IMG/VR virus record: IMGVR_UViG_3300037485_002384 | Location: 1-62,167 of that record | Strand: one strand, 5' to 3' | Length of the DNA stretch: 62,167 nucleotides | Source: a virus | Lineage: Duplodnaviria > Caudoviricetes | Shown: one piece after another, positions 38,257 to 49,600 of the stretch | How positions within the stretch are numbered: position 1 is the first letter of the stretch | How the letters are laid out: each line of letters opens with the position of its first letter | Notes under the pieces: generated by a model | What the model saw: only the letters and a program-made list of their open reading frames with translations | What the model was told of the DNA's origin: nothing | The model's database searches: none | Position numbers and translations under genes: made by a program

Positions 38257-39045
38257 ATGCAATTAACTTTTAAGGCACCATTTTCAAAGAATAACGGTCT
38301 TCTTTATTCTGCACAAGAGATAAGAAATTCTTTCTTGTACGGTATAAAGATGACCGGATCTTTATCTAATAAATCAGTATTAAGTTTTAGTGATGAGGAT
38401 ATTGAGTTACATATAAGATCAGCTCAAAAAGAGATTGAGAATTATTTGGCCCTTAAATTATTCAGAAAGGTTTATGATGAGTCACTTACATTTAGTAATG
38501 ATGATTGGAGAACCTGGGGTTTTATGAAAACTACATTTCAAGTTGTATGCCCTCTAAAATTAGAAGGTTATTTAAATACAATAAAACAAACAGAATACCC
38601 AAAAGAATGGTTATCTGCAAAGAGAGATTCTGATGGTATACAGTATCATAGATCAATTTATATAGTACCGGCTGGTAATTCAGGGGCTATTGTAAATTCA
38701 GTTATATATGCAGGGTTATTACCAAATTTAGGTTATTTGAATGCTGGTATGATACCTAATTATTGGCAAGTAACTTATGTTAGTGGTTTTGATCAAGTAC
38801 CTGCAGATATTATGATGGTTATTGGTCAATTAGCTACAATGTCATTATTATCAATAGCAGGTGCAAGTGTTTTAGGTATACCGGGTGTATCAAGTACATC
38901 TTTAAGTATTGATGGTTTATCACAATCACTTTCAGCCTCAGCAAATGCTTTTGGTGATAGAGTAAAAGCTTTAGGGGAAGATCTTACAAGAAGGCTTCCA
39001 ACACTTCAGGGTACATATAGAGGTTTCTCATGGGGAGTAGCTTAA
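38257..39045 (+). CDS. head-tail connector/neck protein
   Basis: Position; YVSGF..VPADI and GVSSTSLSIDGLSQS motifs. Confidence 0.7.
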   Translation: MQLTFKAPFSKNNGLLYSAQEIRNSFLYGIKMTGSLSNKSVLSFSDEDIELHIRSAQKEIENYLALKLFRKVYDESLTFSNDDWRTWGFMKTTFQVVCPLKLEGYLNTIKQTEYPKEWLSAKRDSDGIQYHRSIYIVPAGNSGAIVNSVIYAGLLPNLGYLNAGMIPNYWQVTYVSGFDQVPADIMMVIGQLATMSLLSIAGASVLGIPGVSSTSLSIDGLSQSLSASANAFGDRVKALGEDLTRRLPTLQGTYRGFSWGVA

Positions 39046-39057
39046 TATTTATTTGAT

Positions 39058-39876
39058 ATGACAACAATAACAACTGCACCAATTTCAGGTGTAAATACAA
39101 GTAGAGCTGATTTTGTCAAAAGCAAATTTGATATATTAATATCTGAAAAGGGATATAAAGTAATTCATGAAAAGGCTTTAAGATGTTCCTGTGTATCTAG
39201 AAATGGGAACCAACTGACAAGTTGTAAAAATTGTGGTGGTTCAAGCTGGGTATTTATAAATCCAACAGAAACTAGAATGGTTATCCATTCAATGAATTTG
39301 AATACTAAATACAAAGAATGGTCCCAAGAGAATGTAGGTACGGCATCAATATCTTCATTATCAGAAACAGAAACATCTTTCATGGATAGAATAACAGTTA
39401 TTGATGGTACTGCTATATTTTCAGAAGCTATTTTTTTAAATAAATATAATTCTATTTACTACTGGAATACAATCTACAATATAAAGGAAATTTTATTCAT
39501 AGGTTTATTTGTAAATACCGGTGAAATACTAAAATCATTAATATATGGAGTTGATTTCACATATAGTGATAATAAAATAGTTTTCCTGACAGCTTTAAAT
39601 TATATAGATCCTTTACTAGAAGAGCAGGACTTGTCTATTTCTATAAGATATAAACACAGTCCTCAAATACATATAATAGATTCTCCAAGAGAGACTATTC
39701 AAACATTTGTAAATATAAATGGTGAAGGTGAAGAAGTGGTTAGTTTACCGGTCCACTCAATAGGTAGAAGGTCCCATTATGTACTTGATAGACAAAATTA
39801 TGATAATTCAAGAATTATAGATAATTCAAGAGTTATAAATTATAATGATTTTAATGCACCAAAAATAATTTGTTAA
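39058..39876 (+). CDS. head completion/neck protein with CxC..CxxC
   Basis: HEKALRCSC..CKNCGG; position. Confidence 0.6.
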   Translation: MTTITTAPISGVNTSRADFVKSKFDILISEKGYKVIHEKALRCSCVSRNGNQLTSCKNCGGSSWVFINPTETRMVIHSMNLNTKYKEWSQENVGTASISSLSETETSFMDRITVIDGTAIFSEAIFLNKYNSIYYWNTIYNIKEILFIGLFVNTGEILKSLIYGVDFTYSDNKIVFLTALNYIDPLLEEQDLSISIRYKHSPQIHIIDSPRETIQTFVNINGEGEEVVSLPVHSIGRRSHYVLDRQNYDNSRIIDNSRVINYNDFNAPKIIC

Positions 39877-40688
39877 TACCTATAAATATAAATCAGGATG
39901 ACATTTTAGGTCAATTCAACATTTCTAAAAAAGAATGTGAGGATATTGTTGATTTTGCCATAAAAGAGGTTACAGCTGCATTTGCTGTACAATGGGAATC
40001 AACTGCCAATTCTGAATTAAAAAGTACTAGATCTAGATATACTCAAAATTTAAGAGTTGTTGATGAGGGGAGAATGAAGGGTGCTGTAGTACTTGATTAC
40101 TCAAAGGATTCTTTAATTCAAATGATTGAAGAAGGGGCTAGTCCTTTTGATATGAAAAAGAATTTTGAGAAATCAGCAAAAAAACATATAAAAGCTGATG
40201 GTGGTTGGTATTTAACAATACCTTTTAAAGTAGGTACACCTGAAACTCAAGTAACATCAGGTTTTGCTAATATAATGCCAAGTCAAGTATATAATTTAAT
40301 AAAGAACAAATCTATAGAACCATCAGGTAGAAGTAAAGGTTTATCAGGTCAAGAGATAGGTAGTGGTTCCGGTGTTCCTCAATTATTTCAGATACCAACA
40401 TCTAGAAGTGCTATAATAAACATACCAACATCACAAGCATTTAGTGAGTACAAGCATAAGAGCAATATATACCAAGGTTTATTTAAACAAAAAGATCAAG
40501 TTACAGGTCAATCAAGCTATGGTAGTTTTAGAAGAGTTTCTGATAAATCAGATGAAGATAGTTGGGTTCATCCTGGTTTAGAGGCAAAAAATTTAGCTGA
40601 GAAAGCTTATAGTATTTTTGAAATAAAAGAAGAACAAATATTACAAGATTCAATAAATTCTGCATTAGCAGCATTCGGATTGGAATAA
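39870..40688 (+). CDS. neck/tail-completion protein (TTG start)
   Basis: EEGASPFDMK, GGWYLTIPF, FRRVSDKS..SWVHPG. Confidence 0.65.
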   Translation: MLIPININQDDILGQFNISKKECEDIVDFAIKEVTAAFAVQWESTANSELKSTRSRYTQNLRVVDEGRMKGAVVLDYSKDSLIQMIEEGASPFDMKKNFEKSAKKHIKADGGWYLTIPFKVGTPETQVTSGFANIMPSQVYNLIKNKSIEPSGRSKGLSGQEIGSGSGVPQLFQIPTSRSAIINIPTSQAFSEYKHKSNIYQGLFKQKDQVTGQSSYGSFRRVSDKSDEDSWVHPGLEAKNLAEKAYSIFEIKEEQILQDSINSALAAFGLE

Positions 40689-40698
40689 TTATACATAT

Positions 40699-41367
40699 AT
40701 GATACTTATACCCGAAATAATAATACATAATTCTCTAAAAAAGCTTATAGCATTCATTAGAGATGATTATCAATTAAATATAGCTGATACAACAAAAAGT
40801 TTATTGTATAGATTGTTAGGAGCTGATCAAGTTGGTAGATATAGTTTGTTTACAGAGTCAGTGGCACTATTAATAAATGATGCTAGTAACCCAAGGCATT
40901 TAGATATTAATATGTTTTTTAATGCTAAAAGAGCTGCTATACCAACAATACATATAACACTACCATCAGAGTCTGAAAAGAATAATTCTATGGCTAATGG
41001 TGAGGGTTTTGGTGAGCCAATATATGATACTGTAGCCGGTACATATATAAATGTATATAATAGAAGATTTACATCTAGAACTAATATAATAATTACCAGT
41101 GATAATACAAATGAAGTTATATTATTATATCATTTAGTAAAGAATTTACTAATATCTTTAAATGGGCATTTTAACGTTTCCGGATTGAATCTACCTAAGT
41201 TAAGTGGTGGTGATATTCAAATAAATCAAGAATTAATACCTGTTAATATATTTACAAGATCAATAGGTATGGAATATGAGTATGATGTTGAAGCTCAAGA
41301 TTTATTTAAATTAAATATTAACACTTTAGATATTATAGGCACTAGTGTAACACCAATTATAACTTAA
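40699..41367 (+). CDS. tail terminator-like protein
   Basis: Position before sheath; PTIHITLPSE. Confidence 0.55.
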   Translation: MILIPEIIIHNSLKKLIAFIRDDYQLNIADTTKSLLYRLLGADQVGRYSLFTESVALLINDASNPRHLDINMFFNAKRAAIPTIHITLPSESEKNNSMANGEGFGEPIYDTVAGTYINVYNRRFTSRTNIIITSDNTNEVILLYHLVKNLLISLNGHFNVSGLNLPKLSGGDIQINQELIPVNIFTRSIGMEYEYDVEAQDLFKLNINTLDIIGTSVTPIIT

Positions 41368-41370
41368 TAT

Positions 41371-41658
41371 ATGGCTAAAAGAGTATATATACCTAAAAAA
41401 AATATATCTAAGATAGAACCTGTAAATGAAAAAATTACAGAGGTTGTTACTGTAGAAAAAATTGAGATTTTAAGAGAAAGTAAAGAAAAGCATATATCTA
41501 TTGAATTTCAAATTTCACCATTATCACCTTCAGATTTTTGTAATTTTAAAAAAATAACAGGTCTTAACAAAGATTTTTTGGAAAAAAAATATAATACCAA
41601 AACTTACATACTAGAAAAGTGGTATGAAATTTTAATTAAAGAAAATATAAATAATTGA
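41371..41658 (+). CDS. hypothetical protein
   Basis: 95-aa ORF. Confidence 0.55.
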   Translation: MAKRVYIPKKNISKIEPVNEKITEVVTVEKIEILRESKEKHISIEFQISPLSPSDFCNFKKITGLNKDFLEKKYNTKTYILEKWYEILIKENINN

Positions 41659-41724
41659 AAAAAAATACTTATTTTTACAAAATCATTAAGCTATTAAGCA
41701 TCGGTTATATTTCAATACCATATA

Positions 41725-43365
41725 ATGGCAACAACCTTTAACTTCAACGGTCAAACTATTATCATACCAGGATCTTATTCTTCTATAAAATCAGGTATGA
41801 AAAACCCACCAATAGAATTATCTTTTGGTAACATATTAATTATAGACACAGGTTCTGGAGCTGGGTACGGTGGTGGAGCTGGTGTTGCAGGGGAATTAAC
41901 ACAAGGTAAAGATTCAATTTACAATTTTGATAATATTTCTGATTTTAGAGATTTTGCGAAAGGTGGTTTGTGGTGGTTATTAGCACAACCATTATTTAGA
42001 CCAGCTGGTTTAGGTGTAAATGGTGTATCTAAAATATCTTATATAAAAGCAGCTTCTACTGTAGCAGCTAGAATGTCATTTCATTTTGTTGATGCTGATA
42101 TATCTGTATCAAGATCAACATTCTCTGAATTTCTTATAGCCGTAACTGATGAGGGTTTAATAGGTAATGGTACTTTAGTTTCAGGTAACTTAACGAAAGG
42201 TTTTGCAGCTAAATTGTCAGCAGGTACTATTGATCCAAGCTTATTTGTATTAACATTTTATAGAGGTACTTATAAAGGTCTTGATCAAAATGGATTACCT
42301 TTTGACGGTATTACAGAAGCGAATTCAATACCTTTAGTAGTTGCCAAATCTCCCGAATTTTCTACTGCAGCTGAATTAGCAGCATGGATGAAAATTGATT
42401 ACTTATTTAATAAGCATTTTAAATTAGTGTCTGACCCTGTTATTATTGGTACAGGTGAATTGGCTGCTGCTGATATAATTAATTACGGTAGCTATAATTT
42501 AGCTTCAGGTGGTACAGAATCATATGTATCAACTCAATATTTAACTGATGTTTTAACTGCAGTTACGGATTTAGATATTAATTTTATATTTGCAGATCAA
42601 TATGGGGCTAATGCTCAATCAGCTCAAAATTATGAGATATTATCACACATTGTGGAAACATCTAAATTTAAACCTGAATTATATGTAGCTGCAGGTGATG
42701 ATATAAATACATTTGAATCATTATCATTACCAACATGTGTTTATTATAATAATGACTCTGTAACAGTAGTCCATGGTGCTATTAAAAAACAGTCTCAGCA
42801 GGGCATGAGAATATATAATGCTATGTACCATGCAGCAGCTGTATTAGGAAAAGAGGCAGGTCAAGAACCACAGGTTCCAATTACATTCAAAACTTTAGAT
42901 TTTGATGGAATGACTCATTCTTTAAATGATAAAGAAATAACTAAAGCTCTTAAAGCTGGATTAGTTACAACAAGATTAGAAGGTAATTCATTTGATATTA
43001 CAAAAGGCGTTAACTCTCTTCAAGAAAATACATTCTTAGTTAATGACAATGGAACGACTCACTCTAAGCAAATGAAACGTATTGCCAGACAATTAAATAA
43101 AGAAATAATTGTTGAATCTAAAAGAACTTTGCTTAAAGATCCAAATGGTGTTAATAGAAACACCTTATCTGAAGTTGATGTTAAAGCATGGTTAATAGGT
43201 TATTTGAAATCAAAAACAGCTACTATAGATAATGATAATTTAATTTTATCATTCCAAGATATAGTTGTTACAAGACAACAGGATGGTTATTTTATCAACT
43301 ATAAATTTGTACCTAATAGTGAAATAAGCTTCTTATTCTTCACAGGATTAATTATAGGTGTTTAA
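41725..43365 (+). CDS. tail sheath protein
   Basis: 546 aa, N-terminal IIPGSYS, EPQVPITFK, precedes tube. Confidence 0.88.
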   Translation: MATTFNFNGQTIIIPGSYSSIKSGMKNPPIELSFGNILIIDTGSGAGYGGGAGVAGELTQGKDSIYNFDNISDFRDFAKGGLWWLLAQPLFRPAGLGVNGVSKISYIKAASTVAARMSFHFVDADISVSRSTFSEFLIAVTDEGLIGNGTLVSGNLTKGFAAKLSAGTIDPSLFVLTFYRGTYKGLDQNGLPFDGITEANSIPLVVAKSPEFSTAAELAAWMKIDYLFNKHFKLVSDPVIIGTGELAAADIINYGSYNLASGGTESYVSTQYLTDVLTAVTDLDINFIFADQYGANAQSAQNYEILSHIVETSKFKPELYVAAGDDINTFESLSLPTCVYYNNDSVTVVHGAIKKQSQQGMRIYNAMYHAAAVLGKEAGQEPQVPITFKTLDFDGMTHSLNDKEITKALKAGLVTTRLEGNSFDITKGVNSLQENTFLVNDNGTTHSKQMKRIARQLNKEIIVESKRTLLKDPNGVNRNTLSEVDVKAWLIGYLKSKTATIDNDNLILSFQDIVVTRQQDGYFINYKFVPNSEISFLFFTGLIIGV

Positions 43366-43407
43366 GATTATTATTTAGAAACGGTTTAAAAATATAAATA
43401 TATAACA

Positions 43408-43923
43408 ATGTCAAACGAACCAGTATTAACAGGCGCCATCGCCATCATCAAAGTAAATGGTATACCAGTAGGCTTGATGCGCTCAGTAAAGATAAGTGAA
43501 TCTACTAGACGTATTCCTGTAAGGGGTTTAGGTAGTATATTAACAAAAGAAGCACCTGTTGTTGAATGGGCCGGTACTGTATCGTGCTCTTTTTTCGAAA
43601 TTAGTTTTGAAAAAACAGGTATACCTAATGCTATAAGAAGGGATGTTGGTATTGGTAATGCTGCATCACAAATTGCAACAGGTAATCCTCAAACTAACTT
43701 TGAAGATGATTTAGTATTAAGTACTCAAGGTGTACAATTAGATATTTATAAAAAAATAAAAGATATATTAGGTCCAACTGGATTAATAGTACCTAAAGTA
43801 CAACCTTATGCTATTATAGGTAGGTGCTTAATTGAATCTGACAGTATTAATATTGATGAAGGTAATGTTTCAGGACATGATCAAACCTTCATGTATTTAG
43901 ACCCTATTGTTAGAGATATTTAA
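43408..43923 (+). CDS. tail tube protein
   Basis: 171 aa after sheath; VRGLGSI; C-terminal FMYLDP; followed by terminator. Confidence 0.82.
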   Translation: MSNEPVLTGAIAIIKVNGIPVGLMRSVKISESTRRIPVRGLGSILTKEAPVVEWAGTVSCSFFEISFEKTGIPNAIRRDVGIGNAASQIATGNPQTNFEDDLVLSTQGVQLDIYKKIKDILGPTGLIVPKVQPYAIIGRCLIESDSINIDEGNVSGHDQTFMYLDPIVRDI

Positions 43924-43944
43924 TCTTAAAATATTTTTTTTATT

Positions 43945-43981
43945 AAAGAGAGAAATTTATATAATAAGTTTCTCTTTTTTT
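43945..43981 (+). terminator. intrinsic terminator
   Basis: AAAGAGAGAAATTTAT-ATA-ATAAGTTTCTCTTTTT. Confidence 0.75.
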
Positions 43982-44026
43982 ATTATCTTTATAATCTAAA
44001 TATTAATCATTTAAAAAATAAAAAGT

Positions 44027-44404
44027 ATGAGTAAGGTATTACCAAAAAAACGAATAGAGATTACGATAGGTGAAAATGATTATGTAATTAATTACCCTAA
44101 AGTTGGACAATTTGTAGAAGTAGAAGCTATGAAATCTCGTTTAACAAGAGACACATATACTTCAATGACTGAAGGAGGAACTGTTCCATCTCAAATGGCA
44201 AGATATACAGTTGATATGATAGCTTTCCTTAGTGTATGTTGTCCTAAAATTAAAGCTGATTTAAATGTTGATAGTTTTTCAGATTTAGAGATGATTGAAA
44301 GTAAAAAAATATTAAAAGTTTATGTTAAAGATATTTTACCTTGGATAGCAGAATGGGAGTTTGTCTTAAATGCAGAAGATGATGCAGAAGAAACGGTTAA
44401 TTGA
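44027..44404 (+). CDS. tail assembly chaperone
   Basis: Between tube and tape measure. Confidence 0.6.
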   Translation: MSKVLPKKRIEITIGENDYVINYPKVGQFVEVEAMKSRLTRDTYTSMTEGGTVPSQMARYTVDMIAFLSVCCPKIKADLNVDSFSDLEMIESKKILKVYVKDILPWIAEWEFVLNAEDDAEETVN

Positions 44405-44732
44405 TGATAATTTTCCTGTTGATAAATTATCTCATAGTGATATTGAATATTTTTTAAAAGAGTGGAATATAAAATATCCTTATGATAGACTTTGGAGAAG
44501 TAAATATAAAATACCTTTTCATTCAAAAGCTCATTTAGAGATAAGTCCAATTGACATTTATTTAGATATAACTGAGGATAAACTTATTGAAAAAATAAAA
44601 TCGGAGCATATAGAAAATTTAAAGAATAAAGAGGAGTATTTAAAAACCGGTTCTATATTAAAAGAAAGAATTATATCTTCTGAAGAAGAAGATAAGCTTT
44701 TGAAAAATTTTAAATTCCCAACTCAAGAATAA
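44370..44732 (+). CDS. second tail assembly chaperone
   Basis: Overlaps first chaperone; YPYDRLWRSKYKIPF. Confidence 0.55.
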   Translation: MQKMMQKKRLIDDNFPVDKLSHSDIEYFLKEWNIKYPYDRLWRSKYKIPFHSKAHLEISPIDIYLDITEDKLIEKIKSEHIENLKNKEEYLKTGSILKERIISSEEEDKLLKNFKFPTQE

Positions 44733-44734
44733 CT

Positions 44735-46618
44735 ATGTCAAGTGAAAAAAAAGTCATATTTTCTGCACAAGACAATGTTAGTCAGAAAGCTAAACAGATC
44801 TATAGTGAAATACTATCTGGAGCAAAGAAATATTCTGACACTCTAAGAGAACAAACAGGGTATATTAATGCTCAAATAAAAGCTTTAGAAAAAAAAGCTA
44901 AACTTGAATCTAAGCAAGGTGAGAAAATTTTTCAAGAACAAGGTGAATTATATTGGACATCTAAAAATCCGGCTGAAAAAGAAAGGTATGCACAAAATTC
45001 AAAGAGAATTAGATCTGAGTTAACAGATAGTGCTGCTGTTTTAGATTTTCTAAAAAAGATTCATGAAGAAGCTAAGAAACAAACAACAGCTTCAGCAAAA
45101 GCTGAAGCTGAACAAAGACATGAATATCAAAGTAGTGTTGAAAGAGATAAAGAGCAAGGTTTTTCCTGGGTAAGCGGTGGAAAAGGTCGCTCTACTAAAG
45201 GCTCAGATTCTCCTCCAGAAAGTCATGATTATAAAGATAGAGAGGAGTGTTGTTGTAATTGTTGTTGTTGTGAGAATGAAGGCGGTAGTGGGGATGGAAA
45301 AGGGAAGAAAGATAAATCAGTAACCGGTGAGGTGTTTTTAGGAACCTTATTAGGTAATGTAGTTTCTCAAGTAATAAAGTCATTAAGCCAACTTACAGGC
45401 GCTCAATCAGGAGAAGAAGGGGTAAATACTTTATTAGGTGGAATACCATTGGTGGGTGGTTTATTAAGTGGTTCTTCAGGTCGTAATTTTGAAGAACAAT
45501 TAGCTATACAAACAAAAGAACTTGAACTTGGTGCGAAGACCGGTGGTGAAATTAGGGGATTAACTAATAAGACTAATCTAGGTTATTCAACCAGAGAATC
45601 TTTAAGTATGATTGAAGGATTAATAACTTCAGCTGGGAATAGATCAGGCGCAAATCAGGCAGGTAATGCATTAACAATGCAAAGAGGTTTAGGTTTATCT
45701 CAAGATGTTATAACTCAAATAGTAAAAGATCTTAGAACAACAAGGTCTTCAGCTGATATAATGCAAATAGCATCAGATGTTTTAGCTGCTAATCCAGAAT
45801 TAAGAAAGGATCAAACCAAATTTGCTGAGATATTGCAACAAACATCCCAACTAACAAATCAACTAGCAAATCAAACTGAAAATGTAGATCCTAGAGCAAA
45901 TGCAGGTATTGTAGGAGCATTAAGAAGTATAGGTGGCTCATTTAGTAACCCAGAGCAAGCTGCAGCTAGAATGATGAGTATTAATCAATCTTTAACATCA
46001 CCTGGGACCGATTATCAAAAATCAAGAGGTTTTGGTGTTTTAAGTGGTATAAATCCAGGTGGTAGTTATTTTCAGATGCTAGAGGAGCAGGAAAAAGGTA
46101 TAGGTAGTAAAGGTTATTTAGGTGGGATACTAAAGCAATTAAGAAGAGAAACAGGAGGTGGTGAACAGTTAATGTTAGGTGTTAATCAAAATCTTGGACT
46201 AGGTGCATCAACATCAAGAAAATTAGTAGAGGCTTTTGAAAAAAATCCTGAAATGTTTGATAAGTTGGCAGTTGGAGGTAAAGGTGACTTGGAAAAAGTA
46301 TTAGGTATATCTGGTAGAGCTGAATCTGCAACATCTCAAAGGGATAGAGAAAAAGCTGAGACAGATAATGCATTTTCAATAAGTGCAAGTGCAGGTATGT
46401 GGAAAGTGTCAACATTAACATTTGAATCAGCAGTTAGTGAATTCAAAACTATTGTCAAATCATTAGGGATTCAACTTGGATCATCTACAGGTGTTTCAGG
46501 CACCACTTCAAAAATACATAGCCCAGGTGTAAAACCACCTAACTTAAAACCGGGACATATATTAAAAATAGGTCCAAATGGTAAATTTTACCAAACTAAT
46601 GGCGAAACAGAAGAATAA
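44735..46618 (+). CDS. tape measure protein
   Basis: Helical Gly/Ala/Gln-rich; follows chaperones. Confidence 0.65.
   Translation: MSSEKKVIFSAQDNVSQKAKQIYSEILSGAKKYSDTLREQTGYINAQIKALEKKAKLESKQGEKIFQEQGELYWTSKNPAEKERYAQNSKRIRSELTDSAAVLDFLKKIHEEAKKQTTASAKAEAEQRHEYQSSVERDKEQGFSWVSGGKGRSTKGSDSPPESHDYKDREECCCNCCCCENEGGSGDGKGKKDKSVTGEVFLGTLLGNVVSQVIKSLSQLTGAQSGEEGVNTLLGGIPLVGGLLSGSSGRNFEEQLAIQTKELELGAKTGGEIRGLTNKTNLGYSTRESLSMIEGLITSAGNRSGANQAGNALTMQRGLGLSQDVITQIVKDLRTTRSSADIMQIASDVLAANPELRKDQTKFAEILQQTSQLTNQLANQTENVDPRANAGIVGALRSIGGSFSNPEQAAARMMSINQSLTSPGTDYQKSRGFGVLSGINPGGSYFQMLEEQEKGIGSKGYLGGILKQLRRETGGGEQLMLGVNQNLGLGASTSRKLVEAFEKNPEMFDKLAVGGKGDLEKVLGISGRAESATSQRDREKAETDNAFSISASAGMWKVSTLTFESAVSEFKTIVKSLGIQLGSSTGVSGTTSKIHSPGVKPPNLKPGHILKIGPNGKFYQTNGETEE
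45248..45271 (+). repeat. (TGT)3-AAT-(TGT)4 microsatellite encoding CCCNCCCC
   Basis: Read directly. Confidence 0.9.
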
Positions 46619-46633
46619 TTCAAGTAAATAATT

Positions 46634-49600
46634 ATGTCAAATAAAAAAGAGGATTATTATATATATTCACACAACACACCACATATACAAAGTATGGGTG
46701 AATTTGTAAGTGAGTCAGATTCATTAGGTGTTGGGTTGGATATTGCTCAATTATTAATATATCAGGATGAAAATAATAGTTCTAATATTGATAAAGTAGT
46801 AAGTTTATACACACCTGAAGAGCTTGATGAGTTTGAAGATTTATTGATAAAAGTTAGGAGTACAAAACCAAACCAAGTTGAAAATAATACAACATCAAAC
46901 AACAATGATGGTGTATTAAAATCAACACCTGTAGAAAATTCAGCTACTGATGCATCTAATAATATATTGCCAATAAGATCAACGGATTTAGAGGTGTTAT
47001 TGAAAAGTCCATCTGAGATATCTTATTTAGGTTATAAACCATCACCGGCTAATGCTTCATTTATATCAAAACTATATAATGATGATGTTAAGGCATTATT
47101 TACTAAATTCCTATATAGAGTAGAAACTGAAACTGATTATACTGTAATTATTAATAATTCTATAAGAACAGCAGCTCAACAGAGAAAATATATAGCTTCC
47201 GGTGATAGTGCTTCAGAATTTTCTTATCATTTGATAGGTCTTGCAGTGGACCTTTCTTTAGTGAATAAAAACCCACCATTTTCAATAGTTAATAAGAAAT
47301 CAAGTAATAAGGTTTGGGTTAGAACTAAGGTTATAAAAATAGCAGATGAGTTAAAATTACAGTGGGGTGGTAGATTTAAAAATGTAAATCCTGACCCGGT
47401 TCATTTTGATGCAGCCTATTATTTTAGAGTCAACCAGAAACAATATTTAAAATCAAAAGGGATCGAACTTACTCAATCCCCAATAACTATAACACAAGAA
47501 CCTATAGTAATAGATAATTCAACATATTTTGATCTACCTATAAAAGTTGGGACATCACTATCTATACCATTAGATAAAATGGATAGAGGTGTACTGTCAA
47601 CTGAAACAAATCAAACTATAAATACAGTTGATTATGATTGTTTTTTAGCTAAACATCTAGTTGAGTTGTTAAGTGATAAAGGGTATAAAAAAATATCAGA
47701 TTACAAATCAGAAAGCTTCACAGGTACTGTTCAAGAATTATTCCCACATATATCAGTTTGGGTATGGAGTAGAGCTTTATCTATTGTAGACATACAACCA
47801 TTAAAAGATGGGTCTACTGATTATGATCATAAAATAATAAATATAACACCATACTTAACATCTGTAAATACAAATGTTGCAGAGAATGGTGGTAACTTCA
47901 GTATAAATTTAGCATCAATAACTTCTGATATAAATGAATCAGGGTGGAGTATAAAAGAAGGTACTCATAAATCATCATTTACAAAAGAGAGTGATTATAT
48001 AAATCAAGGACATACACACTATGAAGTAGAAGGTGGTGCAATTAAAAGAAGTCGTATGTTTTTCGAAAAAGCAATACAATATAATGATGTTATATTTATT
48101 AAATTTGAAAAATTAGAATTGGAGGATGATAGAGGGAATTTTGATGAATTAGAAATGATATCTTTAAATGATTTACCTGATCAGATTTTTGATATGATAG
48201 GTTTAGTTGATGATATTGACAATACTAGTGATCATGCATCAGCTGATGTTGGTATTACAGTATCAGGAAGAGATCTTGTAAAATTGATAATAGAGGATGG
48301 TGTTTATTTTTACCCATCAGAATTTACAGCTAGTGGTGTATTTTCAAACACAGGTGCAGCTAATTCAAGATTAGCTAGATTTGGTTCTAGAGGTGAATAT
48401 TTATCAAGATTTCAAGCTGCAAATAAAACAATAGATAGAAGTTTAAAATTTATAATAAACAATTTAGGTACTATAGATATATGTCCCAGTAGTTTGTTTG
48501 CAGGGTATTCAAATGCTAAAATAAATAGGAATTCACCTGTTACTGTGGATAAAAGATCAAGAGCATTCCCTATTGGTGATCAATTAAATTTTGAGCAGAA
48601 AAATAAAAGAGATGATTTGAAAGATAGTATAATTGACAAGATACAGCGTATAATAAAAGTAAATGAAATACAAAGAGGGAATCCAGATGAGGTATTTGAT
48701 ACTATAAAGCAGTTTATATCTGACAAGATATTGAATAGTGAAATAGTAATAGAGAATCAGTTAATAAAATCATGGTATACTAGTATTAATAGAGATATAG
48801 ATAATGTATTACCAGAGAGTCTTATGGATACTTTTGTAAAGCCAAATAGGGTTTGGTTGGGTAATAAATCAAGAGTTTTAAAGTCTACAATAATTACAAG
48901 CCAATTAGAAACTCTATATAAGAAAGCTGATAAAGATAAATTGAAATTATCAAATTTAAATTCATTCAAAAAGTTAAAATATAGTAAAGAACCAGTATCT
49001 TTAAAACAGAATAAAAATTATTTAAGTAAAACATCTATAAGTTCTATAATATCAGAGATAGATAGTTATTTAAAAAACACACCTCCAAATATAAAAGGGT
49101 TGTTTAAAATAAGTGATGTTAATTTATTAAAATTAACATATAAAGGTGTAAAAGCAAGAGGTGCATCTATAAATCTTGTTACATTGACTAAAATATTGTC
49201 TGATTTAACTAGTACAGAGAAGGAGGTTTTTGATGATGTTAACAATTTAGTTATAAATGAAATGGGTCTTACTGATTCATCAGGTAAACCATCAACACCT
49301 CCATTATTAACCGGTATCTGGCAGATAATAAAATTAATAGTTGATGATAGTGTTAAAGATAGAAGATTAACTGACCCAAGTATTGGTAATGAGAATGGTT
49401 CAATATTGAATGCATTTAGAAAAATATGTCAAGATCCATTTTGTGAATTTTATACAGATACATATGGATCTCAATTCTATTTCATTGCTAGAAAAAAACC
49501 ATTTGATTTTAAAAGTGTATTATCTGTTTTAGAAGGTAGAGCTGTTTACGAAAAATTAAATTATATAAATAGTAATTCAGGAGTTCTTGATAGTGATAAA

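Noticed and set aside
44370-44404. Programmed -1 frameshift between the tail chaperones
   Set aside because: Second ORF is in the +1 frame, no XXXYYYZ heptamer seen, and it has its own ATGs; a +1 shift is not excluded but is unsupported
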